Shown here one piece after another: positions 40,403 through 50,896 of a stretch of 64,000 bases of DNA. Source of the stretch: SAR86 cluster bacterium (GTDB lineage: Bacteria > Pseudomonadota > Gammaproteobacteria > Magnimaribacterales > AG-339-G14); contig JAOIHS010000002.1 of assembly GCA_028135785.1 (NCBI GenBank), positions 6,222-70,221 on the forward strand, written 5' to 3'. Under the pieces are notes generated by a model, which saw nothing but the letters and a program-made list of their open reading frames with translations, had not been told where the DNA came from and did not search any database. The position numbers and the translations under genes are program-made. How positions within the stretch are numbered: position 1 is the first letter of the stretch; every line of letters starts with the position of its first letter.

Positions 40403-41572
40403 TTAAATAGCCGAAGAAATTGCTTCGATTCCTAAGAGGGAGGACACATAGAGATCATTATTAGCTGGGTTAGGGTGCGATGAAAACTTCACCACAACTA
40501 TTCCTGTTCTTTGATTTATGTATATCGTTTGACCATAAATGCCAAGGCAAAGCATTGTGTCAGAATCAGTAACCCAAACTTGATTCTTGTAATGTCCATT
40601 GGGAAACAAAAGACTATAATCGCTATCTGAAAATCTTTTTCTATATCCATCGTCTCCTTTTCGGGTAGATTTTATCCATGATGCAGGTACGATTTGTTTT
40701 TCATTGTAATATCCATCATGCATTAGCATTAACCCAAATCGCGCTAGATCTCTAGCACAAGCACTCATGCCCGCACCCACATATGGAAAACCAGTTTTGT
40801 CTGAGACAATTACTGCATCTTGTTCAGGCCCTAGCTTCTGCCATAGAAATTTTTCTAATAAATCTTGAAATCTTTTTCCAGTAGCTCTTTCAATGGCCAT
40901 AGCAATAACATTGGTAAGCACTGTTTGATAATAATATCTCTCTCCATCTCTTTGATCTATTTCTTTTAATGACAAGGCAAATTGAAAAAGATTTTCTGGC
41001 GTTTCTTTCTTTAACAAATCAGGGCGCCAGCCGACAACTGCAGCTTCATACCAAAAATCAGCTAAAAGGTCATTGTAATCTTCTGTGAATTTAACAGCAG
41101 CTGACATATCTAAGGCATTTTGAAGAGTAGTTTCTGCAAAAGCAGTATTTATAAATTCTGGAATATAAAAAGACACTTTTTTATTGGGGTCTAGTTCGTT
41201 ATTTTCAGCAAGAATACCTGCAAGCATTCCTACGAATGATTTTGTTACTGAATTCATTAAATGCAAACTTTCTGGACCCATTTTATTTAAATATTCTTCA
41301 AAAATAATTTCATCATTTTTCAATACTATAAAAGCATCTGTAAAGGTTGTATTGAGCATTTCTTCTATCGTTTTTTTACCATCTAAATCATCAAATTCTA
41401 TAGTTTCTATAGGTTGTAAATTTTTCTTGAGAACGGAAGATTGATCATCTCCTTTTCCTAAAACGATAGAAGGAAACAAAGATGCAACATTTTGAAAGCT
41501 ATATCTATTGTTAGAAGGAGTAAGCCAATTTTTAGAATTAATTTCTTTCATATTTTTTAAAATCACTGACAT
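40403..41572 (-). CDS. Serine hydrolase, beta-lactamase/transpeptidase-like family
   Basis: SxxK motif SVTKSF. 389 aa. Confidence 0.75.
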   Translation of the reverse strand: MSVILKNMKEINSKNWLTPSNNRYSFQNVASLFPSIVLGKGDDQSSVLKKNLQPIETIEFDDLDGKKTIEEMLNTTFTDAFIVLKNDEIIFEEYLNKMGPESLHLMNSVTKSFVGMLAGILAENNELDPNKKVSFYIPEFINTAFAETTLQNALDMSAAVKFTEDYNDLLADFWYEAAVVGWRPDLLKKETPENLFQFALSLKEIDQRDGERYYYQTVLTNVIAMAIERATGKRFQDLLEKFLWQKLGPEQDAVIVSDKTGFPYVGAGMSACARDLARFGLMLMHDGYYNEKQIVPASWIKSTRKGDDGYRKRFSDSDYSLLFPNGHYKNQVWVTDSDTMLCLGIYGQTIYINQRTGIVVVKFSSHPNPANNDLYVSSLLGIEAISSAI

Positions 41573-41804
41573 TTAATATAGTTCAATATAGTCTAAATTA
41601 TTGATCAGTTAATATCTAACCCTTTGCAGAACGATCCTAAGTAATGTTTTTCAGCACTGAATGAGAGCATTTAATTATTCCAATGATAAATATTGCACCT
41701 TCATTTTGCTTAGCAAAAGAGTAATTAAGACATAATAAAATGCTCTAGTAACGTTATAAGGAGGATGTTAAATTAAATATTATTACTTAAATAGGAAGGA
41801 AGAA

Positions 41805-43709
41805 ATGGCGGCTAACAAAGAAGACTTAAATTTTGATCCAGATTTACTGAGAGACAAATATAGGGAAGAGAGAGACAAAAGACTCAGACAAGATGGTAAT
41901 GAACAATATCAGCAAGTAGAAGGCGACTTTACATACTTCGTTGAAGACCCTTATGTCGATAAAAAAATTGAAAGGGAAGCTATTGAAGACGAAATTGAAG
42001 TAGCGATAATCGGCGGTGGTTTTGGAGGAATACTAGCAGCAGCTCGATTGAAAGAATCCGGAATTGATAACTTTAAAATTTTTGAAAAAGGCGGAGATTT
42101 TGGAGGTACATGGTACTGGAATAGATACCCAGGAGCCTCTTGCGATATAGAATCCTACATTTATTTCCCACTGCTAGAACAGACAAAGTTTATACCTAAA
42201 CAGAAATATACTAATGCCCCCGAAACGCTCGAGTATATAGGCGTTATTGCAAAAAAATACGGTCTTAAAGAGAGGGCTATTTTCCAAACAGAGATTACAA
42301 AAGTATCCTGGTCAGATGAAAAAAAGCTTTGGAATATATCCACAAATAAAGGTGATTCCATAAATGCAAAATTTGTTGTGCATTCCAATGGGCCTCTAAA
42401 CAGACCTAAGTTGCCTGCGATCAAAGGAATAGATAAATATCAAGGACATACCTTTCATACTAGCAGATGGGACTATAAATTTACCGGTGGAAATTCAAAA
42501 GGAAATCTAAACGGACTTAAAGATAAAAAAGTTGCAATTATTGGAACGGGAGCAACAGCGGTCCAATGCATTCCTCATTTAGGTGAAGCAGCTCAAGAAC
42601 TTTTTGTTTTCCAAAGAACACCTTCATCTATTGATGAAAGAAATAATAAGGATACTGATGAAAATTGGTTTGAATCTCTTAAACCAGGTTGGCATGAAAA
42701 AAGAAGAGAAAACTTTGAAGGGTTTTTAACAGGAAGCTTGCAAAAAGAAGATCTTGTAAACGATGGTTGGACTGAAATATTTAGAACTATTTTGGGCAGC
42801 ATTAGAAACAGTGCGCCTTCAAAACTAAGATTTGCTTATTGGGCAGCAAGTGCAATTTTTTCTAAGAATTTTTATCGTCTTGGCTTCAAAGACTTCATGA
42901 TGGAAAAATTTGTTAACTATGTTGGTAAAGAGAATCTTTCCAATCAAGTTGAGATGGTAGATTTTGCCAAAATGGAAAAAATACGTGCACGAGCGAATGA
43001 GGTTGTGAAAGATCCAGAAACTGCTGAATCTTTAAAACCTTATTATCGTCAATTTTGTAAAAGACCTTGTTTTCATGATGAATACCTAAAAACCTACAAT
43101 AGAGAAAACGTTACTTTGATAGATACCAATGGCAAAGGACTAGAAAAAATAACCGAGAAGGGTATTTACTTTGATGGAAAAGAATATGAAGTTGATTGCA
43201 TTATTTTTGCTACTGGATTCGAAGTAGGAACAGACTATACAAGAAGAAGTGGTTATGAAATCTACGGGAAACAAGGACTTACTCTTTCCGAAAAATGGAA
43301 GGATGGTCTTTCATCTTTGCACGGAATGCATTGCAGAGGATTTCCTAATACCTTCTTTTTTGGACCTGCTCAAGGCGGCTTTACTGCTAATTACACTCAC
43401 TCATTAGATGAACAAAGCATTCATCTTTCTTACATATTAAAAACGATGAAAGAGAAAAAATTAAACGTCGTTGAAGCATCTCAAGAAAGCGAAGAAAAAT
43501 GGGTTGAGACAATAATAAACAAAGCTAGGGATATGCAAGCATTTCAGGAAAGTTGTACGCCTGGATATTATAACAATGAAGGAAAACTAAATACGGCTCC
43601 TCAAAATAATGTATACGGCGGAGGCTCTTTAGAATTCTTTAAGATTATGAATAAATGGCGAAAAAAAGGAAAACTTGAAGGCTTGGAAATGCAAGGCGAC
43701 ATCTCTTAA
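41805..43709 (+). CDS. Baeyer-Villiger (flavin-dependent, type I) monooxygenase
   Basis: FAD fold GGGFGG, BVMO fingerprint-like YQGHTFHTSRWD, NADPH fold GTGATAVQ, ATGF. Confidence 0.85.
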   Translation: MAANKEDLNFDPDLLRDKYREERDKRLRQDGNEQYQQVEGDFTYFVEDPYVDKKIEREAIEDEIEVAIIGGGFGGILAAARLKESGIDNFKIFEKGGDFGGTWYWNRYPGASCDIESYIYFPLLEQTKFIPKQKYTNAPETLEYIGVIAKKYGLKERAIFQTEITKVSWSDEKKLWNISTNKGDSINAKFVVHSNGPLNRPKLPAIKGIDKYQGHTFHTSRWDYKFTGGNSKGNLNGLKDKKVAIIGTGATAVQCIPHLGEAAQELFVFQRTPSSIDERNNKDTDENWFESLKPGWHEKRRENFEGFLTGSLQKEDLVNDGWTEIFRTILGSIRNSAPSKLRFAYWAASAIFSKNFYRLGFKDFMMEKFVNYVGKENLSNQVEMVDFAKMEKIRARANEVVKDPETAESLKPYYRQFCKRPCFHDEYLKTYNRENVTLIDTNGKGLEKITEKGIYFDGKEYEVDCIIFATGFEVGTDYTRRSGYEIYGKQGLTLSEKWKDGLSSLHGMHCRGFPNTFFFGPAQGGFTANYTHSLDEQSIHLSYILKTMKEKKLNVVEASQESEEKWVETIINKARDMQAFQESCTPGYYNNEGKLNTAPQNNVYGGGSLEFFKIMNKWRKKGKLEGLEMQGDIS

Positions 43710-43725
43710 CTAAGGAGCTAAAAAA

Positions 43726-44949
43726 ATGACGAAGAACTATCCATCCGGGGGATATTGTGATCCAAAATTTAAAGATATCGAAGAGATTTTTAATCAAGCC
43801 ATTGAGTCTGGCCATGAAGTTGGAGCCTCGCTGGCAATTGAACACGAAGGTAAATTAGTTGTAAGTTTATTTGGCGGGCACAAAGATCAAGAAAGAACTT
43901 TGCCTTGGGAGAAAGATACCTGGGTAAATGTTTTTTCCGTAACCAAAGCGGTAACTGCAACTTGTATTGCCAAATTAATAGAAGAAGGAAAAATTGATGT
44001 CGATAAATTAGTTTCAACTTATTGGCCAGAGTATGGCTGTAATGGCAAAGAAAATACTAAAGTTAGCGATTTTCTATGTCATCGTGCTGGAGCGTTTGGG
44101 TTCCAAGAGAGTGTTCCAAATATTAAATGGACAAATTGGCAAGGTTTTATAAAGGCACTAGAAATACAAAAACCATTTAGAGAGCCAGGGTCATCGCAAG
44201 GTTACCATGCGCTTACTTATGGCTGGCTGGTTGGTGAACTCATTAGACGCGTAGACGGAAGAACAGCTGGGCAGTATTTTAAAGAAGAAATAGCTGAGCC
44301 GTTTGGAATAGATTTCAAGATAGGCCTAGAAGAACAAGATTTTAATAATTGTGCGGATATGTTGATGTTGGAAAATTCCGGAATAGGATCAAGAACTTTA
44401 GGTTTTTTTAAATATATTCCGGACTTTTTTCTGCCCCGTGGTTTAAAGAACTTTAAGAAAGCCCTAATCGGTGGCGACTTTACTGTTGCCTTTGAAAGTT
44501 TAGAAAATGACAACATGGGAGATGTAAATAGCGCTGACTGGAGAATGTCAGAAATTCCATCTGCCAATGGGCATGGATCTGCAGAAAGTCTAGCAAGACT
44601 TTATGGCAATCTAAGCTCAAGCGGACAGGACAAAGAGAGATCCATTATAAAAGCAGAAACTTTAAAAAAAATAACAACCGAATACTCTTCAGAGCCAGAC
44701 TCTGTTTTGATGGGCGGCGATATGTCGTTTGGACTTGGGTATATGCTGCACAATAAATTCTCTAGATTTGAAATGTCTAGAAAGTATTATCAAGGCTATT
44801 TTGGGCATTCAGGAATTGGCGGAGCCGTAGCCTTTGGAGACCTTGAAAAGGAATTAGGTTTTGCTTTTATTTGTAACAAACAACATAAATTAAATGAATT
44901 ATATAAGACCTCTAATGAACTTTCTAAAGCTTTAATTTCAATAATATAA
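43726..44949 (+). CDS. Serine hydrolase / esterase, beta-lactamase family (EstB-like)
   Basis: SxxK motif SVTKAV. 407 aa. Lies 17 nt after the BVMO gene. Confidence 0.75.
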   Translation: MTKNYPSGGYCDPKFKDIEEIFNQAIESGHEVGASLAIEHEGKLVVSLFGGHKDQERTLPWEKDTWVNVFSVTKAVTATCIAKLIEEGKIDVDKLVSTYWPEYGCNGKENTKVSDFLCHRAGAFGFQESVPNIKWTNWQGFIKALEIQKPFREPGSSQGYHALTYGWLVGELIRRVDGRTAGQYFKEEIAEPFGIDFKIGLEEQDFNNCADMLMLENSGIGSRTLGFFKYIPDFFLPRGLKNFKKALIGGDFTVAFESLENDNMGDVNSADWRMSEIPSANGHGSAESLARLYGNLSSSGQDKERSIIKAETLKKITTEYSSEPDSVLMGGDMSFGLGYMLHNKFSRFEMSRKYYQGYFGHSGIGGAVAFGDLEKELGFAFICNKQHKLNELYKTSNELSKALISII

Positions 44950-44960
44950 AAGGAGATAAG

Positions 44961-45353
44961 ATGTTCAGTCATATAATGATCGGAGCAAATGATATAGAAA
45001 AATCAAAAATATTTTACGATAAAATCTTAGGAGTATTGGGCTGCAAGCCTGGCAGATTTTTTGCAAATCTATCGGGTCAAACAAGATATTTTTATTTTCA
45101 TAATAAAATGACCTTCTGTATATCAGAACCAATTGATAATGAGCCCGCAACTCATGGAAATGGAACCACAATTGGTTTTAGTGTAAAAAATCCGAAGGAA
45201 GGAGATGCTTGGCATGCTGCGGGGATAGCAAATGGCGGCATAACCTGTGAAGATCTTCCAGGAATTCGAGAGGGCGACGGTTACAAAATGTATTTGGCTT
45301 ATTTAAGAGATCCTTCTGGAAACAAGCTATGTGGTTTTTTAAACCTAATCTAA
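44961..45353 (+). CDS. VOC/glyoxalase-family protein
   Basis: 130 aa. MFSHIMIGANDIEKSKIFYDKILG is a typical VOC N-terminus. Confidence 0.7.
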   Translation: MFSHIMIGANDIEKSKIFYDKILGVLGCKPGRFFANLSGQTRYFYFHNKMTFCISEPIDNEPATHGNGTTIGFSVKNPKEGDAWHAAGIANGGITCEDLPGIREGDGYKMYLAYLRDPSGNKLCGFLNLI

Positions 45354-45357
45354 AAAA

Positions 45358-45984
45358 ATGCACTCTTTATTTAAAAATCATTGGTTTATTTTTTCAACGA
45401 TTTATCTAATCTTTTTCTTTTGGTATACAAATATTTCAGGACCTCTTTCTGAAGCTGAAATAAAGGAAGCCATGAAAAGATTTGATAGTAGAAATATAGT
45501 AACTCCATTAAAAGATAGAGAAAACTTTCTTAAATTCATTCAAGAAGACGATGGCGGTGATTTTTACATGGTTAATTATCTAGACCTTAACGAAAGTCCT
45601 CCAATTATGGAAAATACTGGAAAAGACGCCTCTGCTAATGATCTTTTAGACTATTACATGGAGTATATGTTTCCTGAAATGTTTTCTAGGGCTTCTCATC
45701 CAGTATTTTTTGGCTCCACTTCAGCCAATGCTATAGATCATATTGGCTCACCAGAAACAAAAGAATGGGATCAAGTGGGTCTAATAAGATATAGAAGCAT
45801 AAGAGATATGTTAGAAATAAGTGGTAACGAAGTTTTCACTGAAAGACATCAATACAAAACAGGGGCTTTAATAAAAACAATAGCTGTACCTGTAGCTTCT
45901 CCATTTATCATTGACATGAGAATCGTTATTTTTATGCTAATTTTAATGTTGGCCTTAAGCGTAGATAAATTAAGAAAAAAGTAG
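45358..45984 (+). CDS. Hypothetical protein with N- and C-terminal TM anchors
   Basis: ORF with no recognisable motif. Tightly packed in the operon. Confidence 0.45.
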   Translation: MHSLFKNHWFIFSTIYLIFFFWYTNISGPLSEAEIKEAMKRFDSRNIVTPLKDRENFLKFIQEDDGGDFYMVNYLDLNESPPIMENTGKDASANDLLDYYMEYMFPEMFSRASHPVFFGSTSANAIDHIGSPETKEWDQVGLIRYRSIRDMLEISGNEVFTERHQYKTGALIKTIAVPVASPFIIDMRIVIFMLILMLALSVDKLRKK

Positions 45985-46077
45985 ACAAAGTATCACTTTT
46001 TTAACCTCTTTTTAGATATACAACTCATGTAAAAATTGGTTAAAGTTACGTTCTTAAAAATAAATATTGGGAAAAAT

Positions 46078-47214
46078 ATGACCGCAACTAGCTCGAAAGA
46101 AATAAGAACAGAAATTAATGAGGAAGGTAAACTTACTTTATCAATAGCAACATCCGATGTCCCAACACCTGGTGACGATGAAGTTTTAATAAAAGTCGAA
46201 GCGGCTCCAATAAATCCATCTGATCTTGGATTATTAATCAGCTTTGCTGCTGACTTGGGTAGCATCACCACATCTGGCACTGGCGATGAAGCGGTCACAA
46301 CTCTCGGAATTCACCCTGCTTTAATGCAATCTCTTAAACCTAGAGTTGGTCTTTCAATGAAGGCTGGTAACGAAGGCGCAGGAGTTATTATTGATGCTGG
46401 TAAAAATGTTCAAGATTTAATAGGAAAAACTGTTGGAGTTGCGGGTGGGGAAATGTATTCGCAATATCGTTGCATATCGGCTATGAGTTGTTTGGTTATG
46501 AATGAAGGCACATCTTCAGCGGAAGCAGCTTCTTCTTTTGTAAACCCATTAACTGCATTGGGATTTACAGAAACAATGAGACTGGAAAATCATACGGCGC
46601 TTGTGCATACAGCAGCAGCATCTAATTTAGGTCAAATGCTCGTAAAAATATGTGCAGCTGACTCTATTCCTTTGATCAATATTGTTAGAAAACAAGAACA
46701 AGTAGACTTATTGAAAGGCCTAGGTGCTAAGTATGTTTTAAATACTTCTGATGCAGACTTTATGGGTAACTTAATAGAAGCTTTGGTAGAAACCGGAGCG
46801 ACATTAGGATTTGATGCAACTGGCGGCGGAAACGATGGAAAGCTAGCTGGACAAATTCTATCGGCAATGGAAATTGCAGCTAATAAAAATGCTAAGGAGT
46901 ACAGTCGATATGGCTCCGATACATATAAGCAAGTTTATATATATGGTGGATTAGATCCTTCTCCAACTATTCTAAATAGATCTTTTGGACTTTCTTGGGG
47001 ATTAGGCGGTTGGCTTTTGACTCCATTTATTGGCAGAGTTGGTATGGAAAAATTTCAAGCAATGCGAGAGCGAGTTGCAAAAGAAATTACAACAACTTTT
47101 GCAAGTAATTACACCCAAGAAATATCTTTGGAAGAAATGCTTGAGCCAGAAATAATCAAAACTTATGCTAAACAAGCTACAGGAACAAAATTTCTAGTAA
47201 CGCCGCATAAATGA
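46078..47214 (+). CDS. Medium-chain dehydrogenase/reductase (quinone-oxidoreductase/enoyl-reductase-like)
   Basis: GDDEVLIKVEAAPINPSD, and a Gly-rich nucleotide-binding region. Start set to the ATG at 46078. Confidence 0.7.
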   Translation: MTATSSKEIRTEINEEGKLTLSIATSDVPTPGDDEVLIKVEAAPINPSDLGLLISFAADLGSITTSGTGDEAVTTLGIHPALMQSLKPRVGLSMKAGNEGAGVIIDAGKNVQDLIGKTVGVAGGEMYSQYRCISAMSCLVMNEGTSSAEAASSFVNPLTALGFTETMRLENHTALVHTAAASNLGQMLVKICAADSIPLINIVRKQEQVDLLKGLGAKYVLNTSDADFMGNLIEALVETGATLGFDATGGGNDGKLAGQILSAMEIAANKNAKEYSRYGSDTYKQVYIYGGLDPSPTILNRSFGLSWGLGGWLLTPFIGRVGMEKFQAMRERVAKEITTTFASNYTQEISLEEMLEPEIIKTYAKQATGTKFLVTPHK

Positions 47215-47459
47215 TCAAAAGATTTATTGGCGTAGCGCTAATATTTATATCGGTTGCCTATATACCTATAATCGGTTCTATAGCCGTAAGCTCATCTTTT
47301 TCTGTTGCTGAAAAAGGAGTTTATAGCGCAATAGTTTATGGACTTAGTTGGGCAGTGCTATTTTTAGGAATATATTGGGCTGGTCCCGAATTAGTACAAA
47401 AACTGAAAGATTATTATAAAAGATTAAAAAACAAGATTTTTAATAGAAAAGATTTATAG
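47211..47459 (+). CDS. Small two-TM membrane protein
   Basis: 82 aa. ATGA overlap with the upstream gene. Confidence 0.45.
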   Translation: MIKRFIGVALIFISVAYIPIIGSIAVSSSFSVAEKGVYSAIVYGLSWAVLFLGIYWAGPELVQKLKDYYKRLKNKIFNRKDL

Positions 47460-47505
47460 CTTTTAGATTTTAAGCAACTAAGATAACTTTGATTATATTA
47501 TTAAT

Positions 47506-48411
47506 ATGAAGCAAAAAATTAAAACAATAGTTGTCACTGGAGGGGAAGGCTTTATTGGAAGCAATTTAATAAACAAATTAAATTCAAAACTAAAAAATTT
47601 AAAAATTATTTCAATCGATAATGGTTTATCTAAACAATCAAATCGAATTAAGGCGAATAAAAATAATAAGATTATTTATATTAAAGGTCATACAAAACAA
47701 ATTAAATCACTACTAAAAAAAGAAAAAAGTATAGATACTATCTTTCACTTTGGAGAATTTTCTAGAATAGTTAAAAGTTTTGAACACTCAGAAAAATGCT
47801 TCTCTTCCAACCACACAGGAACACTTGAGGTTATAAAGTTTTGCTCCAATAATAAGATAAGAATAATTTATTCTGCCTCATCTAGTAAGTTTGGAAACAA
47901 AGGAAGAGATGAGAATCTCTCTCCGTATAGTTGGACTAAAAGTAAAAATATAGAACTTATAAAAAATTATGCAAAGTGGTTTAATTTAGATTATGAAATA
48001 GTCTATTTTTATAATGTTTACGGTCCAGGGCAAATCAGAAATGGACACATGGCTGCTGTGATAGGAATTTTCGAAAACTGTTATCTTAAAGGAAAGCCTT
48101 TGACTGTAATTAAACCAGGCACGCAAAAAAGAGACTTTACTCACGTTGATGACATCATAAATGGCGTTATGTTGGCTTGGAAAAAAAAGCTAAATGGAGA
48201 ATTTATGCTTGGCACTAATAAAAATTCAAGTGTCATAGATATCGCTAAACTATTTAATCATCCCATTGAATACATTGGAGAGAAACCTGGAGAAAGACTT
48301 GCTTCGACAATCCCTGACATAAATTCACAAAAAAGGCTTGGCTATAAAGCACAAATAAAAATAGAAGACTACATAAAAACATTCGTCAAACAGAATGCCA
48401 AGCCTAAATAA
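47506..48411 (+). CDS. NAD-dependent sugar-nucleotide epimerase/dehydratase (SDR)
   Basis: VTGGEGFIGSNL Rossmann motif, catalytic YSWTK (YxxxK). Confidence 0.8.
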   Translation: MKQKIKTIVVTGGEGFIGSNLINKLNSKLKNLKIISIDNGLSKQSNRIKANKNNKIIYIKGHTKQIKSLLKKEKSIDTIFHFGEFSRIVKSFEHSEKCFSSNHTGTLEVIKFCSNNKIRIIYSASSSKFGNKGRDENLSPYSWTKSKNIELIKNYAKWFNLDYEIVYFYNVYGPGQIRNGHMAAVIGIFENCYLKGKPLTVIKPGTQKRDFTHVDDIINGVMLAWKKKLNGEFMLGTNKNSSVIDIAKLFNHPIEYIGEKPGERLASTIPDINSQKRLGYKAQIKIEDYIKTFVKQNAKPK

Positions 48412-49423
48412 ATCAAAAAAAATTTTAATAGTTGGAGCTGGTTTTGCAGGAGCAACAATCGCTAGAATTCTCGCCGAAAATGGCTATAAAATTGATGTAA
48501 TTGATAAAAGAGATCATATTGCTGGCAATGCTTATGACTATGAGCATGAGTCGGGAATTACTGTTCATAAATATGGCCCACATATATTTCATACGAGTAA
48601 TGAAAAGGTAATAAACTTTCTCTCTAAATTTACTGAGTGGACGCCTTACGAACATAAAGTAAAAGCAAAACTAGCTGATGGTAATTTAGTCACTCTCCCG
48701 CCTAATAAAGAAACCTCAAAAATTTTAGGGAAAGAGAATATAATAGATATATTATTCAGACCTTATACAAAAAAAATGTGGGGTCTAGATATAGAAGAAT
48801 TAGACCCATCGATTATAAAAAGAATTCCCATAAGGGACGACTTAAATGAGCTTTATTTTCCATCTGACTCTTTTCAAAATATGCCTAAGATGGGTTATAC
48901 AACTTTAATTAAAAATATGATCGATCATGACGCAATTTCTATTTCGCTAGAAACACCATTTAATAAATTAATGGAATCTAAATATGAGAAAGTGTTTAAT
49001 TCTATGCCAATAGACGAGTATTATGATTATGAATTTGGAGAGCTGCCTTACAGATCAATTAGATTTCATAATGAATTAGTAAAAGAGCAAAGTGTTTATC
49101 CTGTTTCACAAGTCAATTTTACAGACGATAGTATTTATACAAGAGTTGTCGAATGGAAAAATTTTCCTAATCATGGAAAAAATGATGATGAAACATTACT
49201 AACTTTTGAAGAGCCTTGCAGCTACAAGGAAAACAATATGGAAAGGTATTATCCAGTTAAGGATATCCAAGGAAATAATAGAAAACTTTATGAAAGGTAT
49301 ACAAAAATAGATAATAATAAAAATATTTTTATTGGAAGGTGTGGACTCTATGTATATGTCGATATGCATCAGGCAATTTCATCATCAATGGCAACAGCAA
49401 ATAAATTTGTTAAGGAAAATTAG
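48395..49423 (+). CDS. glf: UDP-galactopyranose mutase
   Basis: ILIVGAGFAGATIA..DKRDHIAGNAYD, HKYGPHIFHT, YPV...N..LY. Confidence 0.85.
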   Translation: MPSLNKSKKILIVGAGFAGATIARILAENGYKIDVIDKRDHIAGNAYDYEHESGITVHKYGPHIFHTSNEKVINFLSKFTEWTPYEHKVKAKLADGNLVTLPPNKETSKILGKENIIDILFRPYTKKMWGLDIEELDPSIIKRIPIRDDLNELYFPSDSFQNMPKMGYTTLIKNMIDHDAISISLETPFNKLMESKYEKVFNSMPIDEYYDYEFGELPYRSIRFHNELVKEQSVYPVSQVNFTDDSIYTRVVEWKNFPNHGKNDDETLLTFEEPCSYKENNMERYYPVKDIQGNNRKLYERYTKIDNNKNIFIGRCGLYVYVDMHQAISSSMATANKFVKEN

Positions 49424-49431
49424 GTTAAGTT

Positions 49432-50091
49432 ATGAACTTTATAAAAAAAAAGATTTCTTTTATTCATAAAGAAGGTTGGAAGTTTTCTTTTATATCTTTC
49501 GTTGTATCAGTATCTCTAAGCTTTATCTATATTCCCCTTTCTTTGATCGGTTTTTGTATTACTTTTTTTATTATTTGGTTCTTTAGAGATCCAGAAAGAG
49601 TAAGCCCAAATATACCAAATACACTCGTCAGCTCAGCCGATGGAGAGATTTGTTTAATTGATGAGGCAACTCCTCCAAAGGAACTAGGATTAAGTGAGGT
49701 AAAAATGCAAAGAATATGTATATTCATGAATGTTTTTAATGTGCATGTGAATAGAAGTCCAATAAACGGAACAGTAAAAAAAATTGCTTACAAAGAAGGA
49801 AGTTTTTTTAATGCTAGCTTTGATAAAGCCAGCGAAAAAAATGAGAGGAACTCTTTGATTATAGAAACTAAAGATAAAGTTCAAATAGTAGTTGTTCAAA
49901 TAGCTGGATTAATAGCTAGAAGAATTTTAAGTTTTATCGATACTGGAGAGCATTTAAGTGAGGGAGAAAGGTTTGGGTTAATTAGATTTGGATCTAGGGT
50001 AGATATATATATGCCTCAGAATGCAAAAATAGAAAGCAAACTCGGAGATAAAGTTATAGCAGGCGAGACAATTATTGCTTACTTGAAATAA
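49432..50091 (+). CDS. psd: Phosphatidylserine decarboxylase (short, membrane-anchored type)
   Basis: Two N-terminal TM segments, autocleavage-type motif IRFGSRVD. Paired with pssA. Confidence 0.8.
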   Translation: MNFIKKKISFIHKEGWKFSFISFVVSVSLSFIYIPLSLIGFCITFFIIWFFRDPERVSPNIPNTLVSSADGEICLIDEATPPKELGLSEVKMQRICIFMNVFNVHVNRSPINGTVKKIAYKEGSFFNASFDKASEKNERNSLIIETKDKVQIVVVQIAGLIARRILSFIDTGEHLSEGERFGLIRFGSRVDIYMPQNAKIESKLGDKVIAGETIIAYLK

Positions 50092-50098
50092 TTTTTAT

Positions 50099-50821
50099 AT
50101 GAAAAAGATAGATTTTAGATCTTTAGTGCCGAATCTAATAACGCTTACGGGTTTATGTTTTGGTTTGAGTTCTATTCGATTTGCGCTTGAATATCAATTT
50201 GAAATAGCCGTAATCAATATTCTTCTTGCTGCAGTTTGCGATGCCTTAGATGGGGTTTTTGCTCGCATTCTAAACAGTCAGTCTAAATTGGGTGCTGAAT
50301 TAGATTCTCTGGCTGATTTCGTCAATTTTGGCGTTGCTCCAGGACTGGTCCTTTACATGGGGATAATGCAAGAAAGAGACCTTGTTGGATCTATTGCAGT
50401 CTTAATATTTATTGTATTCTCGTGCATTCGACTAGCTATATTTAATTTGGATTCGGACGATGAAAGCTCAGAAGAAGCTGGTTTTTTTATGGGTATTCCA
50501 ACTCCAATGGGAGCCGTATTAATTTTATTGCCTCTTACTCATAGTTTCTTAGGTTTCACATGGGCACAAGAAAATATAAATTTTGTAGCAATGTATACAG
50601 TTCTGATCGGAGCTCTTTTAATAAGCAGAGTTCCAACATATTCATCTAAACGACAAAAATTTAAATTACAAAAAAGTAATTATATTCAATTTTTGGCTAT
50701 ATTTTCTTTAATCCTTTTAGGGTTAATTAATTTTCTGTGGGCTTTTCTGTCCTTTTTATCGGCAATGTATATATTAAGTATTCCTTTTTCCATTAGAGCT
50801 TGGAAAGGTTTAAAGTCTTAA
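50099..50821 (+). CDS. pssA: CDP-diacylglycerol--serine O-phosphatidyltransferase
   Basis: CDP-alcohol phosphatidyltransferase motif DALDGVFAR(x8)GAELDSLAD. Confidence 0.85.
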   Translation: MKKIDFRSLVPNLITLTGLCFGLSSIRFALEYQFEIAVINILLAAVCDALDGVFARILNSQSKLGAELDSLADFVNFGVAPGLVLYMGIMQERDLVGSIAVLIFIVFSCIRLAIFNLDSDDESSEEAGFFMGIPTPMGAVLILLPLTHSFLGFTWAQENINFVAMYTVLIGALLISRVPTYSSKRQKFKLQKSNYIQFLAIFSLILLGLINFLWAFLSFLSAMYILSIPFSIRAWKGLKS

Positions 50822-50896
50822 GGCGATAAATAATTTCTTTAGATAAATAAACTTTTCTTATAAAGTTGAGCTGCATTAAAAATACGGGGGTAGAAA

